Below are positions 1-9,309 of a stretch of 64,000 nucleotides of DNA, piece after piece (positions within the stretch are counted from its first letter, which is position 1; each line of letters opens with the position of its first letter). A program made the position numbers and the translations under genes. The notes under the pieces are model-generated. The model was not told where the DNA came from. It saw only the letters and a list, made by a program, of their open reading frames with translations, and ran no database searches. Source of the DNA: Candidatus Omnitrophota bacterium (GTDB taxonomy: Bacteria; Omnitrophota; Gorgyraeia; JAZDFF01); the NCBI GenBank assembly GCA_043808095.1, contig JAZDFF010000031.1:37073-101072 (forward strand), written 5' to 3'.

Positions 1-737
1 TTTACCAACTATATCTCTTGGTTTCGCCATCCGGACATGCCAAAAGCCAGATCCAGCCTCCGGTGATTTTATTTATGGCGGTTCTGCTCTTTGGGGTAAT
101 TCTTGGGGTAACCTTGGTTACTCAGGCGCAGAGAAAAATACCCGTCCAATATGCCCGTCGGATTGTAGGGAGAAAGATGTATGGCGGACAGAGTACCTAC
201 CTGCCTCTAAAGGTGGACCAGTCAGGTGTAATTGCCATCATCTTTGCCCAGTCCATAATTCTATTTCCGGCAACCTTGGCGACATTTATACCCAATCCGG
301 CTTTTCAGCGCCTGGCCAGTGGATTAGTCCGCGGCCATATCCTTTATACTGTATTATATGCGGGGTTAATCATCTTCTTTTGTTATTTTTACACTGCCAT
401 TGTCTTTAATCCGGTGGATATCTCAGATAATATGAAAAAGCACGGCGGTTTTATTCCGGGGATAAGACCGGGTAACCCCACTTCGGAATTTTTGGATTAT
501 GTGATGACGCGAATTACTCTCGCCGGCGCATTATTTATTGTGATTATCGCCATTTTTCCTGATTTAGTTATGGCCTGGCTTAAAATACCATATTTGGTGG
601 CATCGTTTTTTGGCGGCACAGGAATATTAATCATTGTGGGAGTTATGCTGGATACGATTAAGCAGATTGAATCACAACTTCTCATGCGTAATTACGAAGG
701 CTTTATGAAGAAAGGTCAAATTCATGGCAGGAGATAG
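1..737 (+). CDS. secY: Preprotein translocase SecY, 5' end outside the window
   Basis: RKIPVQYA, GVIAIIFA, GFIPGIRPG and FGGTGILIIVGV motifs; lies upstream of adk. Confidence 0.97.
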   Translation, partial: YQLYLLVSPSGHAKSQIQPPVILFMAVLLFGVILGVTLVTQAQRKIPVQYARRIVGRKMYGGQSTYLPLKVDQSGVIAIIFAQSIILFPATLATFIPNPAFQRLASGLVRGHILYTVLYAGLIIFFCYFYTAIVFNPVDISDNMKKHGGFIPGIRPGNPTSEFLDYVMTRITLAGALFIVIIAIFPDLVMAWLKIPYLVASFFGGTGILIIVGVMLDTIKQIESQLLMRNYEGFMKKGQIHGRR

Positions 738-1386
738 TCGCATTGTCCTGGTTCTTTTAGGTCCTCCTGGCTCAGGCAAAGGAACGCAAGCAAAGTTACT
801 TTCAGATAATTTTAATCTTGTACATATTTCAACCGGTGATCTACTGCGCAGAGAAGTCGCCCAGGGTACTGACTTAGGTAAAAAGGCAAAAATAATTATG
901 GAAAAAGGCGAGCTGGTTCCGGATTCTTTAGTCAATTCCATGCTAAAAGGAGAGATCAAGCGCCAAGATTCAAAAAATGGGTTTATCTTTGACGGTTATC
1001 CCAGAAACTTAAAACAGGCAGCCCAACTCGATAATATCCTAAAACAAAACAAATTAGATTTAAGCTGGGTAATTTATTTTAAGGCCTCGCTTAATGTAAT
1101 CATCCAACGCTTGTCCGGCAGGAGGGTCTGTGAGGCCTGCGGCGCCAATTATCATATTACTAATATGCCGCCTAAAGTTGCCGGCCGCTGTGACCTCTGT
1201 AATGAAGAACTTATCCAGCGCAAGGATGATTCGAAAGATTCAGTGCGTAAAAGAATCGAAGTTTACGATGAGCAGACCAAGGACCTGGTGAGCTTCTACG
1301 AAAAACAGCTTAAACTGCGGGTGGTTTCAGGCGATCTAAGCGCGCAGGAAGTATTTAAAGAGATAGATAAAATCTTAAAGAAATAA
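724..1386 (+). CDS. adk: Adenylate kinase
   Basis: GPPGSGKGTQ, HISTGDLLR, DGYPR and a Zn-lid CxxC...CxxC. Confidence 0.97.
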   Translation: MAGDSRIVLVLLGPPGSGKGTQAKLLSDNFNLVHISTGDLLRREVAQGTDLGKKAKIIMEKGELVPDSLVNSMLKGEIKRQDSKNGFIFDGYPRNLKQAAQLDNILKQNKLDLSWVIYFKASLNVIIQRLSGRRVCEACGANYHITNMPPKVAGRCDLCNEELIQRKDDSKDSVRKRIEVYDEQTKDLVSFYEKQLKLRVVSGDLSAQEVFKEIDKILKK

Positions 1387-1449
1387 CTTGTTAATTACAG
1401 GGGTTAAATCTCTGGAATCTATTTGAAACAACTGTAATCATTTTAAAAG

Positions 1450-2196
1450 ATGATTGCCATCAGGACACACGAGGAAATAGAATTGATAAGGCGGGCCGGT
1501 AAAATCATCGTCAAGACACTGCAGTTACTTAGAAGTAGAGTTAAGCCGGGAGTAAGCACTCAGGAGCTGGATGAATTGGCAGAAGATTCAATTAGGTCCC
1601 AGGGCGGGGCTCCGGCATTTAAAGGCTATAAAGGGTTTCCGGCAAACATATGTACCTCGATTAATGAAGAGATTGTGCATGGGATTCCGGATGAAAAACG
1701 AATTTTGAGAGAAGGCGATATAGTGGGAATTGATATCGGCGTAGGATGCGAAGGTTATTTTGCGGATGCCGCTATAACCCTTGCGGTAGGTAATATTTAT
1801 AGCCCGCTACAAAAATTGCTTGATGTAACCCGAGACTCTCTTTATTTAGGTATAAAAAAGGCCCGTATCAGGAATCACCTTTCTGACATATCAGCTGCTA
1901 TTCAAAACTTCGTCGAGGCTAATGGTTTTTCTGTTGTCCGTGAATTTGTGGGTCATGGAATTGGTCGGGAGCTCCATGAGAGTCCCGAGATACCAAATTT
2001 TGGTCAGCCGCATACAGGGCCAATGCTAAAAAAGGGCATGGTTTTAGCAATAGAGCCGATGGTAAATATGGGTACCTGGCAGGCTGATTTCCTGGATAAT
2101 AATTGGACGGCCGTAACCAAAGATAGGAAACCTTCAGCGCATTTTGAACATACGATTGTGGTTACTGACTCAAATCCTGAAATTCTGACAAATTAG
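1450..2196 (+). CDS. map: Methionine aminopeptidase type I
   Basis: CTSINEEIVHGIP, GHGIG, AIEPM, SAHFEHT. Confidence 0.97.
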   Translation: MIAIRTHEEIELIRRAGKIIVKTLQLLRSRVKPGVSTQELDELAEDSIRSQGGAPAFKGYKGFPANICTSINEEIVHGIPDEKRILREGDIVGIDIGVGCEGYFADAAITLAVGNIYSPLQKLLDVTRDSLYLGIKKARIRNHLSDISAAIQNFVEANGFSVVREFVGHGIGRELHESPEIPNFGQPHTGPMLKKGMVLAIEPMVNMGTWQADFLDNNWTAVTKDRKPSAHFEHTIVVTDSNPEILTN

Positions 2197-2197
2197 G

Positions 2198-2650
2198 AAC
2201 GCGAATAATATTAGCGACCATTCGCGTTCCTGCCTGCCACAGGCAGGCCTGCCCACCGAAGCCTAAAAGGCGAAGGCAGGGATTAGCGAAAATTAGCGAT
2301 TATGGCCAAAGAAGAACTCATCGAAGTAGAAGGGACAGTTGTTGAATCATTGCCAAATGCTATGTTTAGGGTAAAACTGGATAACGAGCATATGGTTTTA
2401 GCCCATATCTCAGGTAAGATTAGGATGAATTTTATAAGGATTTTGCCTGGTGATCGAGTAAAACTTGAATTATCGCCCTATGATTTATCAAGGGGAAGAA
2501 TTACCTTTAGGAATAAGTAACAAACGCGAATACAAGCTAATCGAACGCGAATAATCGCGAATAAAAATTAGCGTGAATTAGCGTTCCCGCCACAAAGAAT
2601 GGCGGGTCCGCCAAAGAATTGTGGCGGAAGATTCGCGACCATTAGCGTCA
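2198..2650. repeat. Hairpin elements, family D (CGCGAAT/ATTCGCG/TTAGCG), on both sides of infA; CACGAAT variant at 43197-43260
   Basis: Repeat arms at 2198-2300 and 2523-2650. Confidence 0.75.
2302..2520 (+). CDS. infA: Translation initiation factor IF-1
   Basis: [11 protein letters not shown]...LPNAMFRV...[10 protein letters not shown]. Confidence 0.98.
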   Translation: MAKEELIEVEGTVVESLPNAMFRVKLDNEHMVLAHISGKIRMNFIRILPGDRVKLELSPYDLSRGRITFRNK

Positions 2651-2656
2651 AAAAAA

Positions 2657-2770
2657 ATGAAAGTACGAGCATCCGTTAAAACTATTTGTGAGAAATGCAG
2701 GATAATTAAACGACGTGGAATTATCCGTGTCGTTTGTAAGAATCCACAGCATAAGCAGAGACAGGGATAA
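2657..2770 (+). CDS. rpmJ: 50S ribosomal protein L36 (absent from the ORF track)
   Basis: Manual translation [37 protein letters not shown]; canonical position. Confidence 0.97.
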   Translation: MKVRASVKTICEKCRIIKRRGIIRVVCKNPQHKQRQG

Positions 2771-2890
2771 ATTGTTAGTAACCAGAAACCAGAGAATGCC
2801 TGCTTGTCGTCAGGCGGGGAAACCAGAAAAAATAAAAATCTGGTTACTGTAAACTGTAATCAGGTTTCTTCCGAACGAAAGTGAGGAAAC

Positions 2891-3310
2891 ATGCCCAGAA
2901 TCTTAGGTGTAGACATACCCAAAGAAAAACGTATTGAAATAGCCCTGATGTATCTTTACGGGATTGGCAGAAGCCTCTCGAATAAAGTTTTAAAAGAGGC
3001 CAATGTTGATTTCAATAAACGCGCCAAAGATCTGACCGAAGAAGAAGTTTCTAAAATAACCTCTATCATTCAGAAGGGCTACAAAGTAGAAGGAGATTTG
3101 CGCCGGGAGATTTCTCAAAATATAAAACGTCTCGTTGATATTGGTTCGTATCGGGGACTAAGGCATAGACGCGGACTGCCAGTAAGGGGCCAACGTACGC
3201 GAACTAATGCCCGGACTCGCAAAGGACCGCGCAAGGTCGGCCCGATCGCTATTAAGAGAGAGGAACCGGCAAAAAAAGCAGCTCCGGCAGCGGCAAAACC
3301 AGCCAAGTAA
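2891..3310 (+). CDS. rpsM: 30S ribosomal protein S13
   Basis: [36 protein letters not shown]. Confidence 0.98.
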   Translation: MPRILGVDIPKEKRIEIALMYLYGIGRSLSNKVLKEANVDFNKRAKDLTEEEVSKITSIIQKGYKVEGDLRREISQNIKRLVDIGSYRGLRHRRGLPVRGQRTRTNARTRKGPRKVGPIAIKREEPAKKAAPAAAKPAK

Positions 3311-3393
3311 AATGATTTCAATGATTGAAAGGCAATTAAAATCACGTAATCTATTTTTAATAATCACTGTAATCATTTTTAGAAGGAGAAATA

Positions 3394-3789
3394 ATGGCAA
3401 CTAATAAACCCGAAAAGGCAAAAAAGAAAAAGGCCGTAAAGCAAGTAACGGCCGGTATCGTTCATATCCAGGCAACGTTTAACAATACCATGATTACCAT
3501 AACCGATAAACAGGGCAATACCTTAGTTTGGTCTTGTCCGGGCATAGTCGGTTTTACCGGTTCTAAAAGGTCAACGCCTTTTGCCGCCCAGGTTGCTGCA
3601 GCAGATGCAGCCAGAAAGGCAAAGGATTTAGGGCTTAAAGAAGCAGAGGTATATGTAAAAGGCCCTGGAGCCGGTAGAGAATCTGCGATACGGGCGTTAC
3701 AAGCTGCAGGACTGACGATTACCATAATTAGAGATGTTACGCCGGTTCCGCACAATGGTTGTAGGCCTCCTAAAAGAAGAAGGGTGTAA
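3394..3789 (+). CDS. rpsK: 30S ribosomal protein S11
   Basis: [34 protein letters not shown]. Confidence 0.98.
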   Translation: MATNKPEKAKKKKAVKQVTAGIVHIQATFNNTMITITDKQGNTLVWSCPGIVGFTGSKRSTPFAAQVAAADAARKAKDLGLKEAEVYVKGPGAGRESAIRALQAAGLTITIIRDVTPVPHNGCRPPKRRRV

Positions 3790-3877
3790 GTAAGGCACGA
3801 GATTAATTCCCCCTGCTGCTTCGTTTTGCTCAAGCAAAAGCGAAGCAAAACGGCAGGGGTCATTAAGGAGAAAATAG

Positions 3878-4504
3878 GTGGGCAGATACTTAGAAGCAAA
3901 TTGTAGGCTTTGCCGAAGGGAAGGCATGAAGTTATTCTTAAAAGGCACGCGCTGTTTTACTGAAAAATGTGCCGTCTCAAGAAGGGAGTATGCCCCTGGC
4001 CAGCATGGAAAGACTCGGCAGAAACTCTCAAACTACGGCGTCCAGCTAAGAGAGAAACAAAAACTAAAACGTATGTATGGCATATTAGAACGCCAGTTCC
4101 GTAAATATTTTGAGGTTGCCTCGCATAAAAAAGGCGTTACCGGAAGGACGCTACTTCAGATATTGGAGCGCCGACTCGATAATCTAATCTTTAGGGCAGG
4201 TTTTGCGGTTTCGCGCAATCAGGCCAGGCAGATTGTAAGGCATAATTTTGTATATGTTAATAACCACCGGGTAAACATACCCTCTTTTCTGGTAAAAGAA
4301 AATGATGCTATCTCTATAAAGGCCAAGGAGACTGCGGCAAAGAAGATTAGGGAGAACATCGAGGTAACGAAATCCAGTCCTCAGGCGTCATGGCTTGAGG
4401 TTAATCAGGCAGATCTTAATGCGAAGGTGCTGAGATTGCCTGAAAAAGAAGATATCCAGGTTCCGATTCAGGAACAGTTAGTTGTAGAACTTTACTCTAA
4501 ATAA
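3878..4504 (+). CDS. rpsD: 30S ribosomal protein S4
   Basis: CRLCRREG, PGQHG, YGVQLREKQK, LERRLDN, VVELYSK. Confidence 0.98.
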   Translation: MGRYLEANCRLCRREGMKLFLKGTRCFTEKCAVSRREYAPGQHGKTRQKLSNYGVQLREKQKLKRMYGILERQFRKYFEVASHKKGVTGRTLLQILERRLDNLIFRAGFAVSRNQARQIVRHNFVYVNNHRVNIPSFLVKENDAISIKAKETAAKKIRENIEVTKSSPQASWLEVNQADLNAKVLRLPEKEDIQVPIQEQLVVELYSK

Positions 4505-4756
4505 GTGAAGCCACAACTTATGGAAGTCCGCCACAGATTTGTTGGCGGACGACATAAGTTGTATGGCTGAACTTATCCCCCATCACTTTTTAAAATACTT
4601 TGGGGCGGGGAAGATAAATTTTAATAAAAGAAAAAATATTTTTTTCGAACTCAGCACTATCAATAAAAGTGGTGGGGGGTTAAATTCACAGACGGCTTTC
4701 AGCCTACAATTTACGTCATAAACTCCGTAAATTGGCTGTTCATTTAAGGAGGATAC

Positions 4757-5743
4757 ATGGGAATTAAATGGAAGGATTTCCAGATGCCCAGGAAATTGGA
4801 ATGCGAAGAGTCGAGTTACTCTTCTACCTACGGCAAATTTTTCGCCGAACCTTTTGAAAGGGGTTTTGGCGTAACCCTGGGCAATTCATTACGTAGGATA
4901 TTATTGTCTTCGATTGAAGGCAGTGCCGTCACCTCAATTAAAATTGATGGTGCTTTGCATGAGTTTACCACCATTCCCGGTGTCTTGGAGGATGTAACCG
5001 AGATTATTTTAAATATCAAAAATTTGGTCTTACGTTCTCATTCAAAGAGCCCTAAAACTATTTCAATAAAGGCGTCCAAAAAAGGAGAGGTTTTAGCCAA
5101 GAATATTATCACTGACGAGACTGTTGAGGTAATAAACCCGGACCTTCTTATTGCCACCTTAACTCAGGACACTAATTTTAATTTGGAAATGGAAGTAAGC
5201 CGCGGACGGGGCTATGTTACAGCAGAACAGAATAAAAAGGAAGAGCAGGTTATCGGCGTAGTCCCTATCGATACCGTATTTACCCCCGTAAGAAGAGTTA
5301 ATTTCTTTGTGGAAAACACCCGCATTGGTCAACGCACAGATTATGACAAATTAATTCTGGAAATTACTACTAACGCTAGCATTAATCCTAAAGATGCGCT
5401 TTTATATGCCAGCAACATCTTACAGAGGCATCTTGATGTATTCGTTAATTTCGGGCAATTGCCTGAAGAAGAGGAAGAGGCTGTTAGTAAAGAACAGGAA
5501 GCGTTTTATGAAAAGCTGAGACTGCCTATTTCTGAACTTGAACTTTCCGTGCGGTCATCAAATTGCCTTCAAGAGGCTAATATCAAAACCATTGCGGATT
5601 TAGTGGGAAGGACCGAGGCAGAAATGCTTGGTTTCCGTAATTTCGGTAAAAAATCCTTGGCTGAAATCAACAATATACTAAAGGATATGAATCTTTCTCT
5701 GGGTATGCAGATCGATGCCAAATTACTGGAGAAGAAAGAGTAA
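4757..5743 (+). CDS. rpoA: RNA polymerase alpha subunit
   Basis: EPFERGFGVTLGNSLRRILLSS, LELSVRSSNCL, NFGKKS. Confidence 0.98.
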   Translation: MGIKWKDFQMPRKLECEESSYSSTYGKFFAEPFERGFGVTLGNSLRRILLSSIEGSAVTSIKIDGALHEFTTIPGVLEDVTEIILNIKNLVLRSHSKSPKTISIKASKKGEVLAKNIITDETVEVINPDLLIATLTQDTNFNLEMEVSRGRGYVTAEQNKKEEQVIGVVPIDTVFTPVRRVNFFVENTRIGQRTDYDKLILEITTNASINPKDALLYASNILQRHLDVFVNFGQLPEEEEEAVSKEQEAFYEKLRLPISELELSVRSSNCLQEANIKTIADLVGRTEAEMLGFRNFGKKSLAEINNILKDMNLSLGMQIDAKLLEKKE

Positions 5744-5745
5744 GA

Positions 5746-5865
5746 AATGATTACAGTGATTTTTCCCGCCACAAAGATTGGCGGGTCCGCCAAAGCATTA
5801 TGGCGGAAAAAGAGATTACAGTGATTAATTACCGTAATCAATGTTAATAATCACTGGAATCATAA
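5746..5865. repeat. Hairpin element, family C, GATTACAGTGATT/AATCACTGTAATC (others at 1392-1445, 3312-3378, 41856-41895, 43808-43846, 53630-53720, 58295-58347, 61152-61254)
   Basis: Recurrent 9-nt-period repeat arms in intergenic spacers. Confidence 0.85.
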
Positions 5866-5887
5866 CTAATTTTTTAACAGGAATAAC

Positions 5888-6520
5888 ATGAGACATAGAG
5901 TCCTTCGATACCGTCTGAATCGTTTTACCAGTTTTCGGAAAGCAACCCTAAAAAGTCTTGCCAGGGCCGTACTTTTGAATCAGAGGATTAAGACTACCAA
6001 GACGAAGGCCAAGGCCGCCGCAAGGTTGGTAGAAAAATTGATCAGCCTGGGCAAGGCGGATACCCTTTCCGCAAAGCGAAGGGCATTTGCCATACTGACT
6101 GATCACAAATTAGTAAGTTTATTGTTCAATGATATCGCGCCTCGTTTTAAAACCAAAAAAGGCGGTTACACTCGGGTTATTTTGTGGAAAAACCGCCGAG
6201 GAGATAATGCGCAACTGGCGGTTTTGGAACTGACTGAGATTGCTATTAAAGAAAAATCCAAGCCAAAGCCGAAGGAAAAGGCAGAAAAACCAACTGCGCC
6301 TAAACCTGAGGTCGAAGCCAAAGAAGAGGCTCAGAAGCCGGAAAGGCCTAAGATTGTAAAACCTAAGCCGGAGAAACCAAAAGAAGAAAAACACGAAGAG
6401 AAAAAGAAAGAAACGGTAGCTCCCCCAATTAAAGAAGAGCATAAAGAGACCAAAAAACCATCCAAAAAATTCTTTGGTGGCCTGAGAACATTCTTTAAAA
6501 AGCAAAAAGATTCTACCTAG
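5888..6520 (+). CDS. rplQ: 50S ribosomal protein L17 with a long K/E/P-rich C-terminal extension
   Basis: MRHR..., IKTT..KAK, GGYTRV, RRGDNA; follows rpoA. Confidence 0.95.
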   Translation: MRHRVLRYRLNRFTSFRKATLKSLARAVLLNQRIKTTKTKAKAAARLVEKLISLGKADTLSAKRRAFAILTDHKLVSLLFNDIAPRFKTKKGGYTRVILWKNRRGDNAQLAVLELTEIAIKEKSKPKPKEKAEKPTAPKPEVEAKEEAQKPERPKIVKPKPEKPKEEKHEEKKKETVAPPIKEEHKETKKPSKKFFGGLRTFFKKQKDST

Positions 6521-6622
6521 AAAGCTCATCTTGACCCTACTCGGCCGGGTTTTTAGTTTTAGCCCCGGGCGAGCAAAGCGAGTAGAAGGGTTCGCCATTA
6601 AAATGGGAGGAGTAAGAGACCA

Positions 6623-7783
6623 ATGATTCTTAGCCGAAGAGTGAAAGCTGTTTCTCCTTCGCCTACCTTAGCCGTCACTGCGCGTGCCAAACAGATGAAG
6701 GCGGCCAATATTGATTTGGTTAATTTTGCCGCCGGTGAGCCTGACTGGGATACCCCGGATGTTATAAAAGAAGCTGCAATCGACGCCATAAGGTCTGGTT
6801 TTACCAAATATACCCCCACAAGCGGCCTTCCCGAATTAAAACAACAAATCTGTGATAAGTTCAAAAAAGATAATAACATTGCCTACAAGCCGGAGCAGGT
6901 TGTAGTAACCTGTGGCGCAAAACACGCCCTTTACAATATCCTGCAGGCAATTGCCGACAGCGGCCATGAAGTAATTATCCCGTCGCCTTATTGGGTAAGT
7001 TACCCCGAAATGTGCCTACTTGCCGGTGCCAAGCCCGTCTTTGTAAAAACCTCCTTGAAAAATAATTTTAATTTAACCGGAAAGGACCTCAAAAAAGCTA
7101 TCACCAGAAAAACCAAGGCCCTTATTATAAACAGCCCCTCTAACCCTGCGGGTTCGGTTTTATCTATCGACCAACTAAAAGATATTGCCGCTCTCTGCGT
7201 CTCCAATAATATTTATTGTATAAGCGACGAGATTTATGAAAAATTAATCTACGATAATTTAAGGCATGAGTCTATCGGCTCACTCTCGGATGCAATTTAT
7301 AAATTGACCTTTACGGTAAACGGCGTATCAAAGACCTATTCTATGACTGGCTGGCGTATCGGCTATCTGGCAGGGCCTTTGGATGCAGTCCAGGCAATAG
7401 GCAGATTACAGGACCATTCAACTTCAAATCCTTCATCAATCAGCCAGAAAGCGGCAATTGCCGCCTTAAAACTCGAGCCCTCTTTTATCAGCCCGATGGT
7501 TGAAGAGTTCCAAAATAGACGGGACTGCTTCCTGAAAAGGCTGGATAAGGCAGAACTCGCTTATATCAGGCCTCGGGGAGCATTTTATGTCTTTTGCAAC
7601 ATCAAGAAAACCGGGCTTGGTTCGGATGAATTTTGCAAAAGATTCCTTGAGGAGGCCAAGGTTGCCGCTATCCCGGGCAAGGGCTTTGGAAATGATGATT
7701 ACGTGCGTTTTAGTTTTGCGACCAGTATGGCTGATATAGAAAAAGGCCTAGATCGATTAGAAGGATTCCTTAAACGGATTTAA
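6623..7783 (+). CDS. aspC: Class I PLP aminotransferase (aspartate aminotransferase-like)
   Basis: GEPDWDTP, NSPSNPAG, SDEIYE, SKTYSMTGWRIG. Confidence 0.9.
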   Translation: MILSRRVKAVSPSPTLAVTARAKQMKAANIDLVNFAAGEPDWDTPDVIKEAAIDAIRSGFTKYTPTSGLPELKQQICDKFKKDNNIAYKPEQVVVTCGAKHALYNILQAIADSGHEVIIPSPYWVSYPEMCLLAGAKPVFVKTSLKNNFNLTGKDLKKAITRKTKALIINSPSNPAGSVLSIDQLKDIAALCVSNNIYCISDEIYEKLIYDNLRHESIGSLSDAIYKLTFTVNGVSKTYSMTGWRIGYLAGPLDAVQAIGRLQDHSTSNPSSISQKAAIAALKLEPSFISPMVEEFQNRRDCFLKRLDKAELAYIRPRGAFYVFCNIKKTGLGSDEFCKRFLEEAKVAAIPGKGFGNDDYVRFSFATSMADIEKGLDRLEGFLKRI

Positions 7784-7795
7784 AAATAAATACAT

Positions 7796-7905
7796 TACAC
7801 CGCTAAACCGCAAAATTGCCGCAAAATCGCAAAATTTTTTAATATTTTCTTTGCGTTTTTGCGCCCACGGTTAGTATTTCTGTAGTTTTGCGCCTTTGCG
7901 GTGTT
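7796..7905. repeat. Empty hairpin element, family A (others at 17283-17325, 25688-25806, 29070-29128)
   Basis: acaccgctaaaccgcaaaattgccgcaaaatcgcaaaa ... ttttgcgcctttgcggtgt; same arms as those around GxxExxY 19005. Confidence 0.8.
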
Positions 7906-7913
7906 AAAAGAGC

Positions 7914-9173
7914 ATGAGAAATAAAACCATTGCGGAAAAAATATTATCTAATCACGCCAAGAAGGACCTTAAGGCAGGAGACTTTGCTGTCTGTAATGTA
8001 GATTTCTGTTTTGGACAGGACGGCACCAGTAATATCATAATTGAGCGTATCAAGGAATTAGGCTTTAAGGATTTGGCTTTAAAGAACAGGGCATGCCTGG
8101 TGATTGACCATTCAAGCCCAAGCCCTAACCAGGGAGTTTCCGCCATTCATAACCGTATGCGCGCATTTGCCGCCGGACACGGCCTTATGCTTTATGATAT
8201 CGGTTGTGGCATTTGTCATCAGGTAATCCTCGAGTCAGGCGGGATTCTACCCGGAGATTTAGTCCTGGGCGCGGATTCGCATACCTGTACTTACGGGGCA
8301 CTAGGGGCCCTGTCAACCGGAGTAGGCTCGACTGATTTATCCATTGTCCTGGCAAGCGGCAAAAACTGGTTCAGGGTGCCCCAGACGATAAAGATTATCG
8401 TAAAAGGAAGGCTTAAAAAAGGAGTTGTTGCTAAAGATGTTATACTATATATTATTTCGCTACTCGGTTCGGGTGGTGCAACTTATAAGGCAATAGAATT
8501 TTGCGGCCCAGTCATTGATGACTTGGATATGGACGGCCGTTTCACTATAGCTAATATGGTCGTGGAGCTCGGGGCAAAATGCGGTTTTATGCCGGTAGAT
8601 AAAACTACACACGTCTGGCTGAAATCCCGCGTTAAAAAAAAGATTTCCCCGGTTTCAAGCGATAAAGATGCCGAATACTCTGATATCATAGAGATTGACG
8701 TAACAAAACTTACTCCCCGCATCGCCAAGCCCCATAGCGTAGATAACGGCGCATCAGTTAAAGAGGTGGAAGGTACGAAGATCGATGAGGCATTTTTAGG
8801 CACCTGTACTAACGGCAGGTTAAAAGACCTGGAGATGGCCGCTAAGATTTTAAAAGGTAAAAAAGTAGCCAAATCAGTAAAATTTATCGTAGCCCCGGCG
8901 TCCCGTGAGATTTTCTTAGAGGCGCTTAAAAAAGGAATTATCGAGATATTTATCCAGGCTGGTGCAGCCGTAGTCAATCCCGGATGCGGGCCTTGCGTGG
9001 GTACGCATCAGGGCGTGCCTTCGGATAATGAAGTAGTGATATCTGCCGCAAACAGAAATTTTAAAGGCAGGATGGGTAACCCCAGTGCCTTTATTTATCT
9101 GGCATCTCCTCTGACTGTTGCTGCTTCAGCAATTAAAGGCGAGATTACCGACCCCAGACGTTTCTTGAAATAA
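7914..9173 (+). CDS. leuC: 3-isopropylmalate dehydratase/homoaconitase large subunit (archaeal-type LeuC/HacA family)
   Basis: GICHQ, GADSHTCTYGA, GTCTNGR, CGPCVG, NRNFKGRMG; true substrate uncertain. Confidence 0.85.
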   Translation: MRNKTIAEKILSNHAKKDLKAGDFAVCNVDFCFGQDGTSNIIIERIKELGFKDLALKNRACLVIDHSSPSPNQGVSAIHNRMRAFAAGHGLMLYDIGCGICHQVILESGGILPGDLVLGADSHTCTYGALGALSTGVGSTDLSIVLASGKNWFRVPQTIKIIVKGRLKKGVVAKDVILYIISLLGSGGATYKAIEFCGPVIDDLDMDGRFTIANMVVELGAKCGFMPVDKTTHVWLKSRVKKKISPVSSDKDAEYSDIIEIDVTKLTPRIAKPHSVDNGASVKEVEGTKIDEAFLGTCTNGRLKDLEMAAKILKGKKVAKSVKFIVAPASREIFLEALKKGIIEIFIQAGAAVVNPGCGPCVGTHQGVPSDNEVVISAANRNFKGRMGNPSAFIYLASPLTVAASAIKGEITDPRRFLK

Positions 9174-9205
9174 GCATAATTAAGCGGTTGAGTATTAAAA
9201 AAGGT

Positions 9206-9235
9206 TGCGTTTTGGGCTACGTATCGTCTATAATG
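9206..9235 (+). promoter_or_regulatory. Putative sigma70 promoter for pilT
   Basis: TTGCGT followed at roughly canonical spacing by TATAAT, upstream of the GGAGG RBS of pilT. Confidence 0.45.
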
Positions 9236-9309
9236 TTATTGTCAAACGTTTTGCGTAAAAATACGATAAACGAAATGATAAGTAACTAAACTTATATGGA
9301 GGGTTAAAA

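Noticed and set aside
4539-4721. 60-aa ORF between rpsD and rpoA
   Set aside because: It lies entirely within nested hairpin repeats, with a TTG start, no RBS and no motif.
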